A stretch of DNA of 64,000 nt. Origin: Nitrospina sp. UBA6727 (GTDB taxonomy: Bacteria; Nitrospinota; Nitrospinia; Nitrospinales; VA-1). Every line of letters starts with the position of its first letter. Positions within the stretch are counted from its first letter, which is position 1. Below the pieces are notes generated by a model that saw only the letters and a list, made by a program, of their open reading frames with translations, ran no database searches and had not been told where the DNA came from. Made by a program: the position numbers and the translations under genes. Below are positions 44,325 to 52,998 of the stretch, piece by piece. The stretch spans positions 15,118 through 79,117 of the forward strand of contig DKID01000015.1 in NCBI GenBank assembly GCA_002454045.1, written 5' to 3'.

Positions 44325-44410
44325 AACTTGTCGCCGCCACTGGCGTCACCGTCGACTCCGTGGAAAATGAAATCATCGGCGTTGTCATCGCCGCCGTCAT
44401 GGTGACGATG
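44325..44410 (+). repeat. copy B of the extragenic repeat (GTCACCGTCG-n10-AAATGAAATC)
   Basis: It lies just downstream of the hemC stop: GTCGCCGCCACTGGCGTCACCGTCGACTCCGTGGAAAATGAAATCATCGGCGTTGTCATCGCCGCCGTCATGGTGACG. Confidence 0.6.
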
Positions 44411-44450
44411 ATTGAACTTGCTCCCGATGTATAACCGCAAAAAAAATACG

Positions 44451-45299
44451 ATGCGAAATAAATCGCTCACGACGGCGGATATCGAGTCCCTCATCAACAA
44501 CGCTTTGGAAGAGGACATCCGAAGCGGCGACATTACCACGCGAAACATCATCCCTTCGGGGCAACCATGCGAGGCGGAACTGGTCGCTAAGGAAAATTTA
44601 ATTTTATCCGGAATGGAAATTTTTAAAACGCTGTTCCGGAAACTCGATTCGCAAACTGTATTTCTTTCCGAACCTTTCCATGATGGCGATTGGGTGACGA
44701 AGGATGTTACGCTTCTCAAATTTCGTTGCGACGGCGTCAAGGCTCTTGAAGGGGAACGGTCGGGATTAAACATTTTGCAATGGTTGAGCGGCATAGCCAC
44801 ACTGACGCGCAAGTATGTCGATGCAGCAAGTCCCGTCACAGTTTTGGACACGCGCAAGACCACTCCCGGGCTGAGGGTTTTCGAAAAATACGCGGTGAGT
44901 TGTGGCGGCGGTTCCAATCATCGGTTCGGACTTTATGACGCGGTGATGATTAAGGATAATCATATTAAATCCGCCGGGAGCATTTCTCATGCCGTCGAGA
45001 AAGTACGTGACGGGTTGGGCATTCAAACTAAAATTGAAGTCGAAACTCAAAACCTTGATGAAGTTCATGACACATTGAAGGAAAATGTCGATGTCATTAT
45101 GCTGGACAATATGCCCATCGATATGGTCCGCGAATCGGTTAAGTTGATTGATGGCCGGGCAAAAATTGAAGTCAGCGGTTGCGTTACTTTCGAAAAGTTG
45201 AACGAGTTGTCCAAGACGGGGATAGACTTTGTGTCGGTGGGAGCATTAACCCACTCTGCGCCGTCGGTTGATATCAGTATGAATATCGTTGTACCCTGA
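44451..45299 (+). CDS. nadC: nicotinate-nucleotide diphosphorylase (carboxylating)
   Basis: The ATG at 44451 gives 282 aa. Motifs: ALEEDIRSGDITT, DTRKTTPGLR, GGGSNHRFGLYD, IMLDNM. Alternative upstream starts are at 44412 and 44427. Confidence 0.9.
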   Translation: MRNKSLTTADIESLINNALEEDIRSGDITTRNIIPSGQPCEAELVAKENLILSGMEIFKTLFRKLDSQTVFLSEPFHDGDWVTKDVTLLKFRCDGVKALEGERSGLNILQWLSGIATLTRKYVDAASPVTVLDTRKTTPGLRVFEKYAVSCGGGSNHRFGLYDAVMIKDNHIKSAGSISHAVEKVRDGLGIQTKIEVETQNLDEVHDTLKENVDVIMLDNMPIDMVRESVKLIDGRAKIEVSGCVTFEKLNELSKTGIDFVSVGALTHSAPSVDISMNIVVP

Positions 45300-45327
45300 T
45301 CAGCAAGTATTGATCGAGGAAATCGTC

Positions 45328-45744
45328 ATGCCATGTAAAGATACGACATCCCAGATAACGGTTATCCTGGACGAAAATGATTGTCTGGTCAGTTTTGATT
45401 TTTCAAAATTAACTTGCCAGAAACCCGTCGGAGGAAGCGCCACGGGTTTTATGAAATTTTGTCGCGGCAAAACCGTCGACCAAATAACGCAATTGGATTT
45501 TAGTGATTTGGTCGTTGCTTTGGAACTGAATGAAACGGAGGAACAATTTTTATTGTATATGGAGTGGGACGCTTTGGGTGCTGCTCTTGATCAGTACCGG
45601 GGCGGTGGACGGGACGTCGACAGCGACAGATATCAAATCGCCGCGATCACCTACGAGTCGCATCAAGTGGAAATCAAGCAGGTGGTTTCGTCACCAGAAG
45701 AAATGCCGAAGCTCATACCGTGTCGCAAACGGGTCCATGAATAA
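45328..45744 (+). CDS. hypothetical protein with an IscU/NifU-N-like fold signature but incomplete Cys ligand set
   Basis: ATG follows GAGGAA, 138 aa. By eye, LDENDCLVSFDFSKLTCQKPVGGSATGFMKFCRGKTVDQITQL..ALEL..WDALGAALDQYR aligns with the IscU core. The CGD and His-Cys ligand positions are absent. Confidence 0.4.
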   Translation: MPCKDTTSQITVILDENDCLVSFDFSKLTCQKPVGGSATGFMKFCRGKTVDQITQLDFSDLVVALELNETEEQFLLYMEWDALGAALDQYRGGGRDVDSDRYQIAAITYESHQVEIKQVVSSPEEMPKLIPCRKRVHE

Positions 45745-45749
45745 ACTCG

Positions 45750-46175
45750 CTACTCATCGGAATATAGACGAACCAATCTGACATAACCTTGGGAATAGTC
45801 CTGATCAAATTGTTGAGTATTGCCCGATGTGTAGGAAAAATAAAATGCTGCCTGCTGGTCGAAAGGCAGGCACCATGTCGCATTCCCCCCTCCCGTTGCA
45901 AATGCCGGGTCGAGGTGAATCTCATTGTTGCCGCGGGCGATGATGGTGCTGTCGGGAATAAATATTTTTTCTACCTCTTCTCTCTCGGGAACGCGCCAGT
46001 CATGATAACCGAGATAATCTTTTTTGTTCATTTCGTCGACGAACTGCAGGGCTTCCTGGAAATTCAACCAATCTTGGGCGATGGGCCAGGAATCTTCTTT
46101 CGCCCACACCAAACCGGATTCATTATCCAATAGGGTGCCATCGCCATTGTCTCTGAACCTGCCAGTTTCATTCAT
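45750..46175 (-). CDS. DUF1566 (Lcl C-terminal-like) domain protein, no signal peptide
   Basis: The ATG at 46175 follows GGAG, giving 141 aa. Motifs: GLVWAKEDSW, W.EALQFV, GYHDWRVPEREEVEKIF, C-terminal YVRLVR. It is a paralogue of 55508-55948. An alternative TTG start lies at 46190. Confidence 0.65.
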   Translation of the reverse strand: MNETGRFRDNGDGTLLDNESGLVWAKEDSWPIAQDWLNFQEALQFVDEMNKKDYLGYHDWRVPEREEVEKIFIPDSTIIARGNNEIHLDPAFATGGGNATWCLPFDQQAAFYFSYTSGNTQQFDQDYSQGYVRLVRLYSDE

Positions 46176-46391
46176 TCGCAAAGACTCCAAGAATTTGTTG
46201 TTCCGTGAGCAATGAAAACAGTCGCGGAACGGAATGATAGCGCAAGGTAATTATTCTGTGAAGCCTTAATTTTCTCGGGAATTTTTCGGCGATGAATTTT
46301 GTTACTAGAAATCACAGCGCCAATTTGATACAAACCGAGAATCGAAACTTCCTACTGACGGCGAACTAAGTTTTTTGACGCGGCTGAATTT

Positions 46392-46955
46392 GTGACTAAA
46401 TTGAAAAACAAATCGAATCAATTAAGGCTCTGGATTTTATTAATAATTTTATTCCCGGTGCCGAGTGTTCTTTTCGGAGAGTCGTCTTGTGGTGAAAAAA
46501 TTCCCGCATTAGGCATCTATGAACAAATCTCCCGATATTCAATTTGGGCTGCTTTGTTATTTGCGATGGCGGGAATTTTATTGGACCAGAAAATTTGGAA
46601 ACGAGTTTTGCTCCCTCTTGCCGCGGTACCTTTGGCCGCTTGGGGTTATGTTCATTTTATGGTTGACTATACAAATCTTAAAAATAAAACTTTTACATAC
46701 AACGCCATGACCGAATCGACCTTGGCAAATATAGCCGAAGCCCAAGACAGATATAAATCGGAACAGAGTACTTATATTGGTGACTTGAGAAAACTCTACT
46801 CCCATATCGGCGGGGCAGGGGGGATGAACGAATGCGTGAAGATATTAAATGTGCAGGCGGGATTTGATCATTGGCGTGCGGAAGCAAGGCATGTGTCGAG
46901 TCCCGACACTGTTACCTGGGACAGTCGATCCGGAACATCTTTGAAAAAAGGTTGA
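46392..46955 (+). CDS. hypothetical membrane protein with a pilin-like C-terminal segment
   Basis: GTG start, 187 aa, three hydrophobic segments. TESTLANIAEAQDRYKSEQSTYIGDLRKL resembles the conserved helix of type IV pilin-like proteins. Confidence 0.35.
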   Translation: MTKLKNKSNQLRLWILLIILFPVPSVLFGESSCGEKIPALGIYEQISRYSIWAALLFAMAGILLDQKIWKRVLLPLAAVPLAAWGYVHFMVDYTNLKNKTFTYNAMTESTLANIAEAQDRYKSEQSTYIGDLRKLYSHIGGAGGMNECVKILNVQAGFDHWRAEARHVSSPDTVTWDSRSGTSLKKG

Positions 46956-47048
46956 TAAAAAAATCGGTCCCTTCCATCCGTTGGCCATTCCTTCCGCGTC
47001 ATCATTTCCGACAATGGCAAATGATTGTCTAAGCATCGCATAGTAAGA

Positions 47049-47582
47049 ATGAATATGAACGCTGATGAAATAAACCAAGATGCTCTCAACAAAGAGATGC
47101 TCTTGAAAATATTTTATAGCAGCAACGGTAACATCGATGCAATCAATGCGGCGATCGATGCCAAGCTTTCCAGGACCCGCACTCACAGTCTTACGCTGTT
47201 TGAAAAATTCGTGCGAGCCCGCTTAACTCTTAACCCAAAAGTTCTCAGGTTGGTAGATTTTAGGATGACAATGATCGAAGCTGTTTATCTGAGCCAATAC
47301 TCGGGGTTGGAAAATGTCGAAGAACTGGATTTAAGAAAAAATCAATTAGGAGATGAAGGACTGGAAGCCCTTTTGATATCGGACAAACTAGGCAACCTAC
47401 GAAAACTAGATTTGAGAAATAATCAAATCACCCGCAAAGGGATGGAGATTTTAGCAATGACGGAAAAGTTGAAAAAGTTGGAGAGGCTGGATCTTAGGTC
47501 GAATAAAATTGGGAGAGCATGGGAAACCAAACTAAAATCAACCGGGAAATTTCCAAACTTATCTTCGTTGAAAACAGTTTAA
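47049..47582 (+). CDS. leucine-rich repeat protein (RNI-like), short paralogue
   Basis: ATG at 47049, with alternatives at 47025 (TTG) and 47055 (ATG). Units include LDLRKNQLGDEGLEALLISDKLGNLRK, LDLRNNQITRKGMEILAMTEKLKKLER and LDLRSNKIG. Confidence 0.6.
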   Translation: MNMNADEINQDALNKEMLLKIFYSSNGNIDAINAAIDAKLSRTRTHSLTLFEKFVRARLTLNPKVLRLVDFRMTMIEAVYLSQYSGLENVEELDLRKNQLGDEGLEALLISDKLGNLRKLDLRNNQITRKGMEILAMTEKLKKLERLDLRSNKIGRAWETKLKSTGKFPNLSSLKTV

Positions 47583-47591
47583 TCTTTTAAG

Positions 47592-48317
47592 TCAAGCGTG
47601 TTTGAAACCCGTGTAAACGGTGACGACGCCAAAAGTTAATTCCTTAAAACTAATCGAAGCGAAACCGTTTTCTTCCAAGACGGTAGAAAACGCCGCGCCC
47701 TTGGGGAAATTCTCCACGGAATCGGGGAGATAAAAATAGGCGCCTTTATGACCGGAAATCCAGCGTCCGATAACAGGTAAAACTTTTCCAAAATATAAGC
47801 GGTAAAGCCATTGCAAAAATCCGTTGCGAGGAAAAGAGAATTCGAGAATTACGATTTTACCCCGCGGTTTTAAAACCCGATGAATCTCGCGAATCCCATC
47901 GTTTAGATTAGAAAAATTCCTGGCTCCAAAAGCGGAAATCGCGCCGTCAAAAATATTGCTTTTCAGGGGCAACCGCTCCGCCGCTCCGGAAAATAACCGA
48001 ACGGACGACTGCGCGTTTCTGGCGAGCACCTTATCTTTTCCTAGTCGGAGCATGGCGGTGCTGAAATCGACGCCGACAATGCGGGACGGCGCAGGGTCGC
48101 GTGATGCCAACTCCAAAGCAACGTCAGCGGTTCCCGTCGCGACATCAAGAAAAACGCGGTCCGCCACGGGCTCCAATTCATCCACCGCCATCTTGCGCCA
48201 ATACCTGTCACGCCCCGCGCTCAATAGTCCATTGAGAAAATCATATCGCGGCGCGATAGAATCAAACATGTCGTGGATTGAACTTGTCATCGTAACGTTG
48301 GAGTGCGGGGCTCGCAT
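47592..48317 (-). CDS. ubiE: demethylmenaquinone / ubiquinone biosynthesis C-methyltransferase
   Basis: FDSIAPRYDFLNGLLSAG, SAM motif LDVATGTADVA, and GFASI near the C-terminus. The start is uncertain: ATG at 48317 or 48290. Confidence 0.8.
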   Translation of the reverse strand: MRAPHSNVTMTSSIHDMFDSIAPRYDFLNGLLSAGRDRYWRKMAVDELEPVADRVFLDVATGTADVALELASRDPAPSRIVGVDFSTAMLRLGKDKVLARNAQSSVRLFSGAAERLPLKSNIFDGAISAFGARNFSNLNDGIREIHRVLKPRGKIVILEFSFPRNGFLQWLYRLYFGKVLPVIGRWISGHKGAYFYLPDSVENFPKGAAFSTVLEENGFASISFKELTFGVVTVYTGFKHA

Positions 48318-48409
48318 AAACTTATAACCGGGACGAACAAGACGCAATGAACGCCTTTCACGGTCAAAAAAAATTGGTATGAAAAACCGCCGCAAAGGAA
48401 TTTTTTCCG

Positions 48410-49309
48410 CTAGTCATCTTCAAGATTCATCCAGCCGGTGAACACGAGTTGTGTCTGACCGCCGACAAGAATTTTTTGAATCTTCCCGCCGCGTTTCGCA
48501 ACCTCTACATTGATTGTTGAAGGACGGTTCATTTCGTATCCTTGCTCAATGACCATGTTAAGTTCGCCGTCCCGATTATTTTCCAGTCCAGCCCAGTAAG
48601 CCCCCATGGCTCCCGCGGCACTTCCCGTTGCGGGGTCTTCTGGAATACCCAGCCCCGGCGCAAAGGCGCGGGAGTGAACCGTGTTTTCCGTTTGCATCGT
48701 TTCGCGGCAAAAAGGATAAATCATATCGACGCCCAACGGCGCGAGTAGCCGGTGTAATATCTGGAGATTTATGTTTATCTTCCGCATCGCTTGCAAAGAA
48801 TTTATCGGCACCAATAACGCCGGCAATCCCGTGGAAACCACTTGAATAAGCAGGGTGTCGTCCAAACAATTCCGCGGAAGTCCCAGCGCGGTGGCGACGG
48901 CGGCGATTTCCTCCGACCGACTTAGTTCGTGGAGCGTCTCCGCGGCGGGATGCTGCATGAAATCCCCATCGTTGTTCGACCAAACGGAAATTATTCCCGC
49001 CTGAAAATTTAAGCGCAGCGGATTTTTATCGCCAGCCGCCAAACCATTTTTTCGGAGAACATACGCGGTGCCGAGGGTGGGGTGTCCGGCAAAAGGGATT
49101 TCTTTGGTGGGAGTAAAAATGCGCACATCGAAATCGGCTTCATCATGGGTGGCGGGATAAACGAAGGTCGTCTCGGATAAATTCATTTCGCGCGCGACCC
49201 TCTGCAAATGCTCTTCACGGAAATCTTGCCCCGTGGTAAAAACGGCTAGCGGGTTTCCTCCAAAAATGTGGTCGGTAAAAACATCGACTTGATAAAAAGG
49301 AATTTTCAC
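48410..49309 (-). CDS. PhzF family isomerase
   Basis: GTG start, 299 aa. Motifs: FYQVDVFTD..FGGNPLAV, SETTFV, AGHPTLG, EDPATGSAAG. Confidence 0.85.
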   Translation of the reverse strand: MKIPFYQVDVFTDHIFGGNPLAVFTTGQDFREEHLQRVAREMNLSETTFVYPATHDEADFDVRIFTPTKEIPFAGHPTLGTAYVLRKNGLAAGDKNPLRLNFQAGIISVWSNNDGDFMQHPAAETLHELSRSEEIAAVATALGLPRNCLDDTLLIQVVSTGLPALLVPINSLQAMRKININLQILHRLLAPLGVDMIYPFCRETMQTENTVHSRAFAPGLGIPEDPATGSAAGAMGAYWAGLENNRDGELNMVIEQGYEMNRPSTINVEVAKRGGKIQKILVGGQTQLVFTGWMNLEDD

Positions 49310-49487
49310 GGAGTTGGAAGACTTCGAAAATTGTATTAAATTTAAGAAGTTATAATGTAAATCTTCATGCTACGCCTCATTTAATAGATTCCCATAACAT
49401 ATATTATGTCAACTAAAAACATTCGACGCCGTCATGGTGAAGTAATTACTTATCTTTGTATTTCTATCTTGAATTATATAAGGTTTA

Positions 49488-50429
49488 TTATTCGATCGAC
49501 TTGATGGATTCTCGGGCGACCTGAGCAATATGCCTGGCCGACAATCCATACTTTTCGAATAGTTCGGCCCCGGTGCCTGTTTCGGCAAACTGGTCTCGCA
49601 CCGCGATGCGTTTGAACGGCCGGGAAATTTGCGCGTCCAACAAAACCTCGCCGACGGCGTCGCCTAGTCCGCCGATATAGTTGTGATCCTCGGCCGTCAT
49701 GATGGCTCGGTGACGGGTGGATAATTCGATAATCAGTTCGCGGTCGATGGGTTTGAGGGTGGAAATGTTGACTAATGTGACGCTGATATTTTCTCGTTCC
49801 AACAACTTCATGGCTTCGAGACTTTCTTGCACCATGATGCCCGATGCAAAAATCACCAGGTCGGAGCCTTCCTTCACCACCCTGCCCTTGCCGATTGCGA
49901 ATTTGTAGGAGCCGTCGAAAATGCCTTTCACCTTTGGCCTTCCCAGACGAAGGTAAGCGGGACCCTCGTAGTCAGCCAGGGCGCGGGTTGCCTGCCGGGT
50001 TTCTTCCCAGTCCGCGGGTTGCACGACGATCATGTTCGGCATGGCGCGGGTGTAGGCGACGTCCACAATCATTTGCGCGCTGGGTCCATCCTCGCCGACG
50101 GCAAGGCCGGTGTGGGTGCCGACTAATTTAACATTGGTGTTGGAGTACGCGATGCTGACCAAAATCTGGTCCATCGTTCTCCCCAGCAGAAAACAGGCAA
50201 ACCCGGTGGCGAATGGAATTTTCCCCGTGGTGGCTAATCCCGCCGCCGTGCAAACCATATCCGCTTCGGCGATTCCCATATTAAAAAATCGGTCGGGATA
50301 TTTGCCGCCGAATTTTTTCGAGCGGGTGCTGTCACTCACGCCGGCGTCGAGGACGACGATGCGCGCGTCGTCGGCGCCTAGTTCTAGCAAGGCGTCCCCA
50401 TACCCATCGCGGGTGGCGGCGTCTTTCAT
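49488..50429 (-). CDS. transketolase, C-terminal (pyrimidine-binding) subunit
   Basis: The ATG at 50429 lies 2 nt after the upstream stop, giving 313 aa. Motifs: TRDGYGDAL, FNMGIAEADM, GEDGPSAQ. Confidence 0.9.
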   Translation of the reverse strand: MKDAATRDGYGDALLELGADDARIVVLDAGVSDSTRSKKFGGKYPDRFFNMGIAEADMVCTAAGLATTGKIPFATGFACFLLGRTMDQILVSIAYSNTNVKLVGTHTGLAVGEDGPSAQMIVDVAYTRAMPNMIVVQPADWEETRQATRALADYEGPAYLRLGRPKVKGIFDGSYKFAIGKGRVVKEGSDLVIFASGIMVQESLEAMKLLERENISVTLVNISTLKPIDRELIIELSTRHRAIMTAEDHNYIGGLGDAVGEVLLDAQISRPFKRIAVRDQFAETGTGAELFEKYGLSARHIAQVARESIKSIE

Positions 50430-50431
50430 CC

Positions 50432-51268
50432 TTACGCCAATTCCTTTAAAGCTTTTTCGTAATCCTCGACGGAGGGGGCGACGCCGTGCCACGCGGTCTC
50501 GCCTTCCATGAAACTAACGCCTTTGCCTTTGATGGTGTCGGCAACGATGACGCGGGGTTTTTCTGGGTGGAGTGGAAGTTGAAACACTTTCATGATGGCG
50601 TCCATATCGTGTCCGTCTATTCGATGAACGTCCCAGTTGAAGGAATTCCATTTATCTTCCAGCGGTTCCAAATCTTTCAACTCCTTCGTGACGCTATCCT
50701 GCGCAACTTTGTTGTAGTCGACGATGGCAATCAGATTGTTGGATTTAAATTTGTCGGCGGACATCGCGGCTTCCCAAATCTGTCCCTCTTGTATCTCCCC
50801 ATCGCCAAGGATGACATAGACTTTAGCGTCGTAACCATCCAACTTAATTCCCAGCGCCATTCCGTGGCCGACGCTTAGTCCCTGCCCCAAACTTCCCGAA
50901 GCGATTTCGACGCCGGGGGTCTTCGGGTGAGCATGTCCGGATAGAAAACGTTCGCTGTTAATTTTTCGGTAACTATCTAAATCGGCAACGGAAATATACC
51001 CAGCTTTGGCAAGCACCGCGTAATAAATTCCCGACGCATGTCCCTTGCTTAGTAGGAAGCGGTCTCTTGTCGGAGCCTTCGGATTGCTCGGGTCGTGGTT
51101 TAGGATTCCGCCAAAGAACAGCGCGGTCATTAAATCCGCCGCGGAAAAACTTCCGCCCGGATGCCCCGACCCCGCCTGAAAAATAATTTTCAAGGCGAGT
51201 CTTCTTAATTCCAAAGCAAGTTTTTTGAGTTCGGCGCGGTCGGTGGTGGCGAGTTGATTTGCGTTCAT
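50432..51268 (-). CDS. transketolase, N-terminal (thiamine diphosphate-binding) subunit
   Basis: 278 aa. Motifs: GSGHPGGSFS, SKGHA, GSLGQGLS, LGDGEIQEGQIWEA. Confidence 0.9.
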   Translation of the reverse strand: MNANQLATTDRAELKKLALELRRLALKIIFQAGSGHPGGSFSAADLMTALFFGGILNHDPSNPKAPTRDRFLLSKGHASGIYYAVLAKAGYISVADLDSYRKINSERFLSGHAHPKTPGVEIASGSLGQGLSVGHGMALGIKLDGYDAKVYVILGDGEIQEGQIWEAAMSADKFKSNNLIAIVDYNKVAQDSVTKELKDLEPLEDKWNSFNWDVHRIDGHDMDAIMKVFQLPLHPEKPRVIVADTIKGKGVSFMEGETAWHGVAPSVEDYEKALKELA

Positions 51269-51468
51269 AAAAACATTTTGCGGGGCAAAAAAATATGACC
51301 CCGCTTATATCACAACCCGTTTAGTTTTGCGAATTGAAAAAATAATTTACGCTGAAGGTTTGTGCGAAGTTGTAGCGCGGAGAAGTCTGTCACCCTTTGC
51401 GGTTTCTTTTAGAAGGTGTTTTAAATATAATGCCCCTGCCCTTTCCATCCTGCGGAGTTCTGCGGTTC

Positions 51469-52998
51469 ATGAAGAATATTTTATTTTTTAAACCTGCCGC
51501 GTATTTTTTTTTACTACCTCTTGTCATGGTTCCCGTCGCCACCGCCGATGAGTTTTTATCTCTCACTTTGAAGGAAACTATTGCGAGAGTTTTGAAAAAT
51601 AATATCAGCATTTCTGTGCAAAGATATAACTTGAAAATTAGCGAGCAATTCGTTTTTGAAAACGAAGCCGACTTTGACCCTACCATTAGTTTCGGGTTCG
51701 CGGTCGGCGACGAAACTCGTCGCACAGTTTTGGATGCCAAAAATAGAAACCAAAATTATGACTGGGACTTCGCGATTTCCCAGAAATTCGTTACCGGCGG
51801 GGATTACGAATTATCCATGGACAACAATAGGAATGAGATGAACCGATCATCCATCCCCGGGGATGAGTTCCTCAACCCTGCATACTCAACGGATTTTGAT
51901 CTAACTCTTACTCAACCTCTGCTTAAGGATGCAGGAATAGATATCAATAAACGAAAAATATACATCGCCAAAAACGATCAAAAAATTTCCGACCATCAGT
52001 TCATAGAAAAAGTAATTGACACGGTCACAGACGCTGAAAATATTTATTGGGATTTGGTTTTCAGCATGGAAGACCTGAAGGTAAAGGAAACTTCTTTGCA
52101 GCGGGCGCGGGATTTTGCGAGGCAGGTAGAAGCACAGGTTGAGGTAGGAATTCTCGCGGCGATAGAAATTCTTCAGGCTCAATCGGAGATGGCATCGAGG
52201 GAGGAACAACTTTTAAACGCACAAAACTTAATTGATGATAATGAGGATAGTTTAAAAAGCATCCTCAATCTTCCTTTTGGTTCGAGGGAAGGTTTAAAAA
52301 AAATAATTCCCACAGACAGCCCCGGCTTTGAACCGCGTAGCAAAAATTCTTTGAACGAAGCATTAAAAACGGCTCTGACTTATAGACCTGATTTGCTGGC
52401 AAAGAAAAAGGAAATGGATAATAAAAACATTGAAGCCAAATATTATGAAAACCAAATGTTCCCAACTCTGGACTTGGTTGGAAGTCTAGGACTGAACGGA
52501 TTAAGCGGTGATTCTTCAGAACTAAACGGTGAGTACGACGACGCCCTGTCTGAAGCATTTTCAACTGAGTTTTATTTATGGCGGTTTGGTATCAACCTAA
52601 GTTACCCGCTCGGAAACCGCGCCGCCAAGAGCAGGTTGACCGCCAAGCAACTGGAACTCGCTCAGTCGCTACTGGACATTAAGGATTTGGAAAAGAATAT
52701 CGTTGTCGAAGTTCGCGAAGCATACCGGCAAATTAAAACCGACATCAAAAGAGTTCAAGCCACAAGGATTGCCCGAAAACTTGCCGAGGAAAAATTAGAT
52801 GCTGAGGAAAAAAAATTCACGGTCGGGTTATCAACTAGCCTGAATGTGTTGGAATTTCAAGAAGACCTTGCCGAAGAACAGAGCAATGAAATTAAAGCCA
52901 TCATCGATTACAACAAATCCCTTAACCGATTGAACCAAGTCATCGCCCGGACTTTAGAGGAATATGATATAAAACTTTTTTCTAAAGAAGACTCGTGA
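51469..52998 (+). CDS. TolC-family outer membrane efflux protein
   Basis: ATG at 51469 with a signal peptide ending VATA. It is a long protein of the duplicated helical outer-membrane-factor type. Confidence 0.8.
   Translation: MKNILFFKPAAYFFLLPLVMVPVATADEFLSLTLKETIARVLKNNISISVQRYNLKISEQFVFENEADFDPTISFGFAVGDETRRTVLDAKNRNQNYDWDFAISQKFVTGGDYELSMDNNRNEMNRSSIPGDEFLNPAYSTDFDLTLTQPLLKDAGIDINKRKIYIAKNDQKISDHQFIEKVIDTVTDAENIYWDLVFSMEDLKVKETSLQRARDFARQVEAQVEVGILAAIEILQAQSEMASREEQLLNAQNLIDDNEDSLKSILNLPFGSREGLKKIIPTDSPGFEPRSKNSLNEALKTALTYRPDLLAKKKEMDNKNIEAKYYENQMFPTLDLVGSLGLNGLSGDSSELNGEYDDALSEAFSTEFYLWRFGINLSYPLGNRAAKSRLTAKQLELAQSLLDIKDLEKNIVVEVREAYRQIKTDIKRVQATRIARKLAEEKLDAEEKKFTVGLSTSLNVLEFQEDLAEEQSNEIKAIIDYNKSLNRLNQVIARTLEEYDIKLFSKEDS

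Noticed and set aside
44306-44917. A 203-aa minus-strand ORF whose C-terminus covers repeat copy B (..DGGDDNADDFIFHGVDGD..).
   Set aside because: Most of it is antisense to nadC. No start codon lies near the repeat-encoded part. It is kept only as a note in the repeat-family finding.
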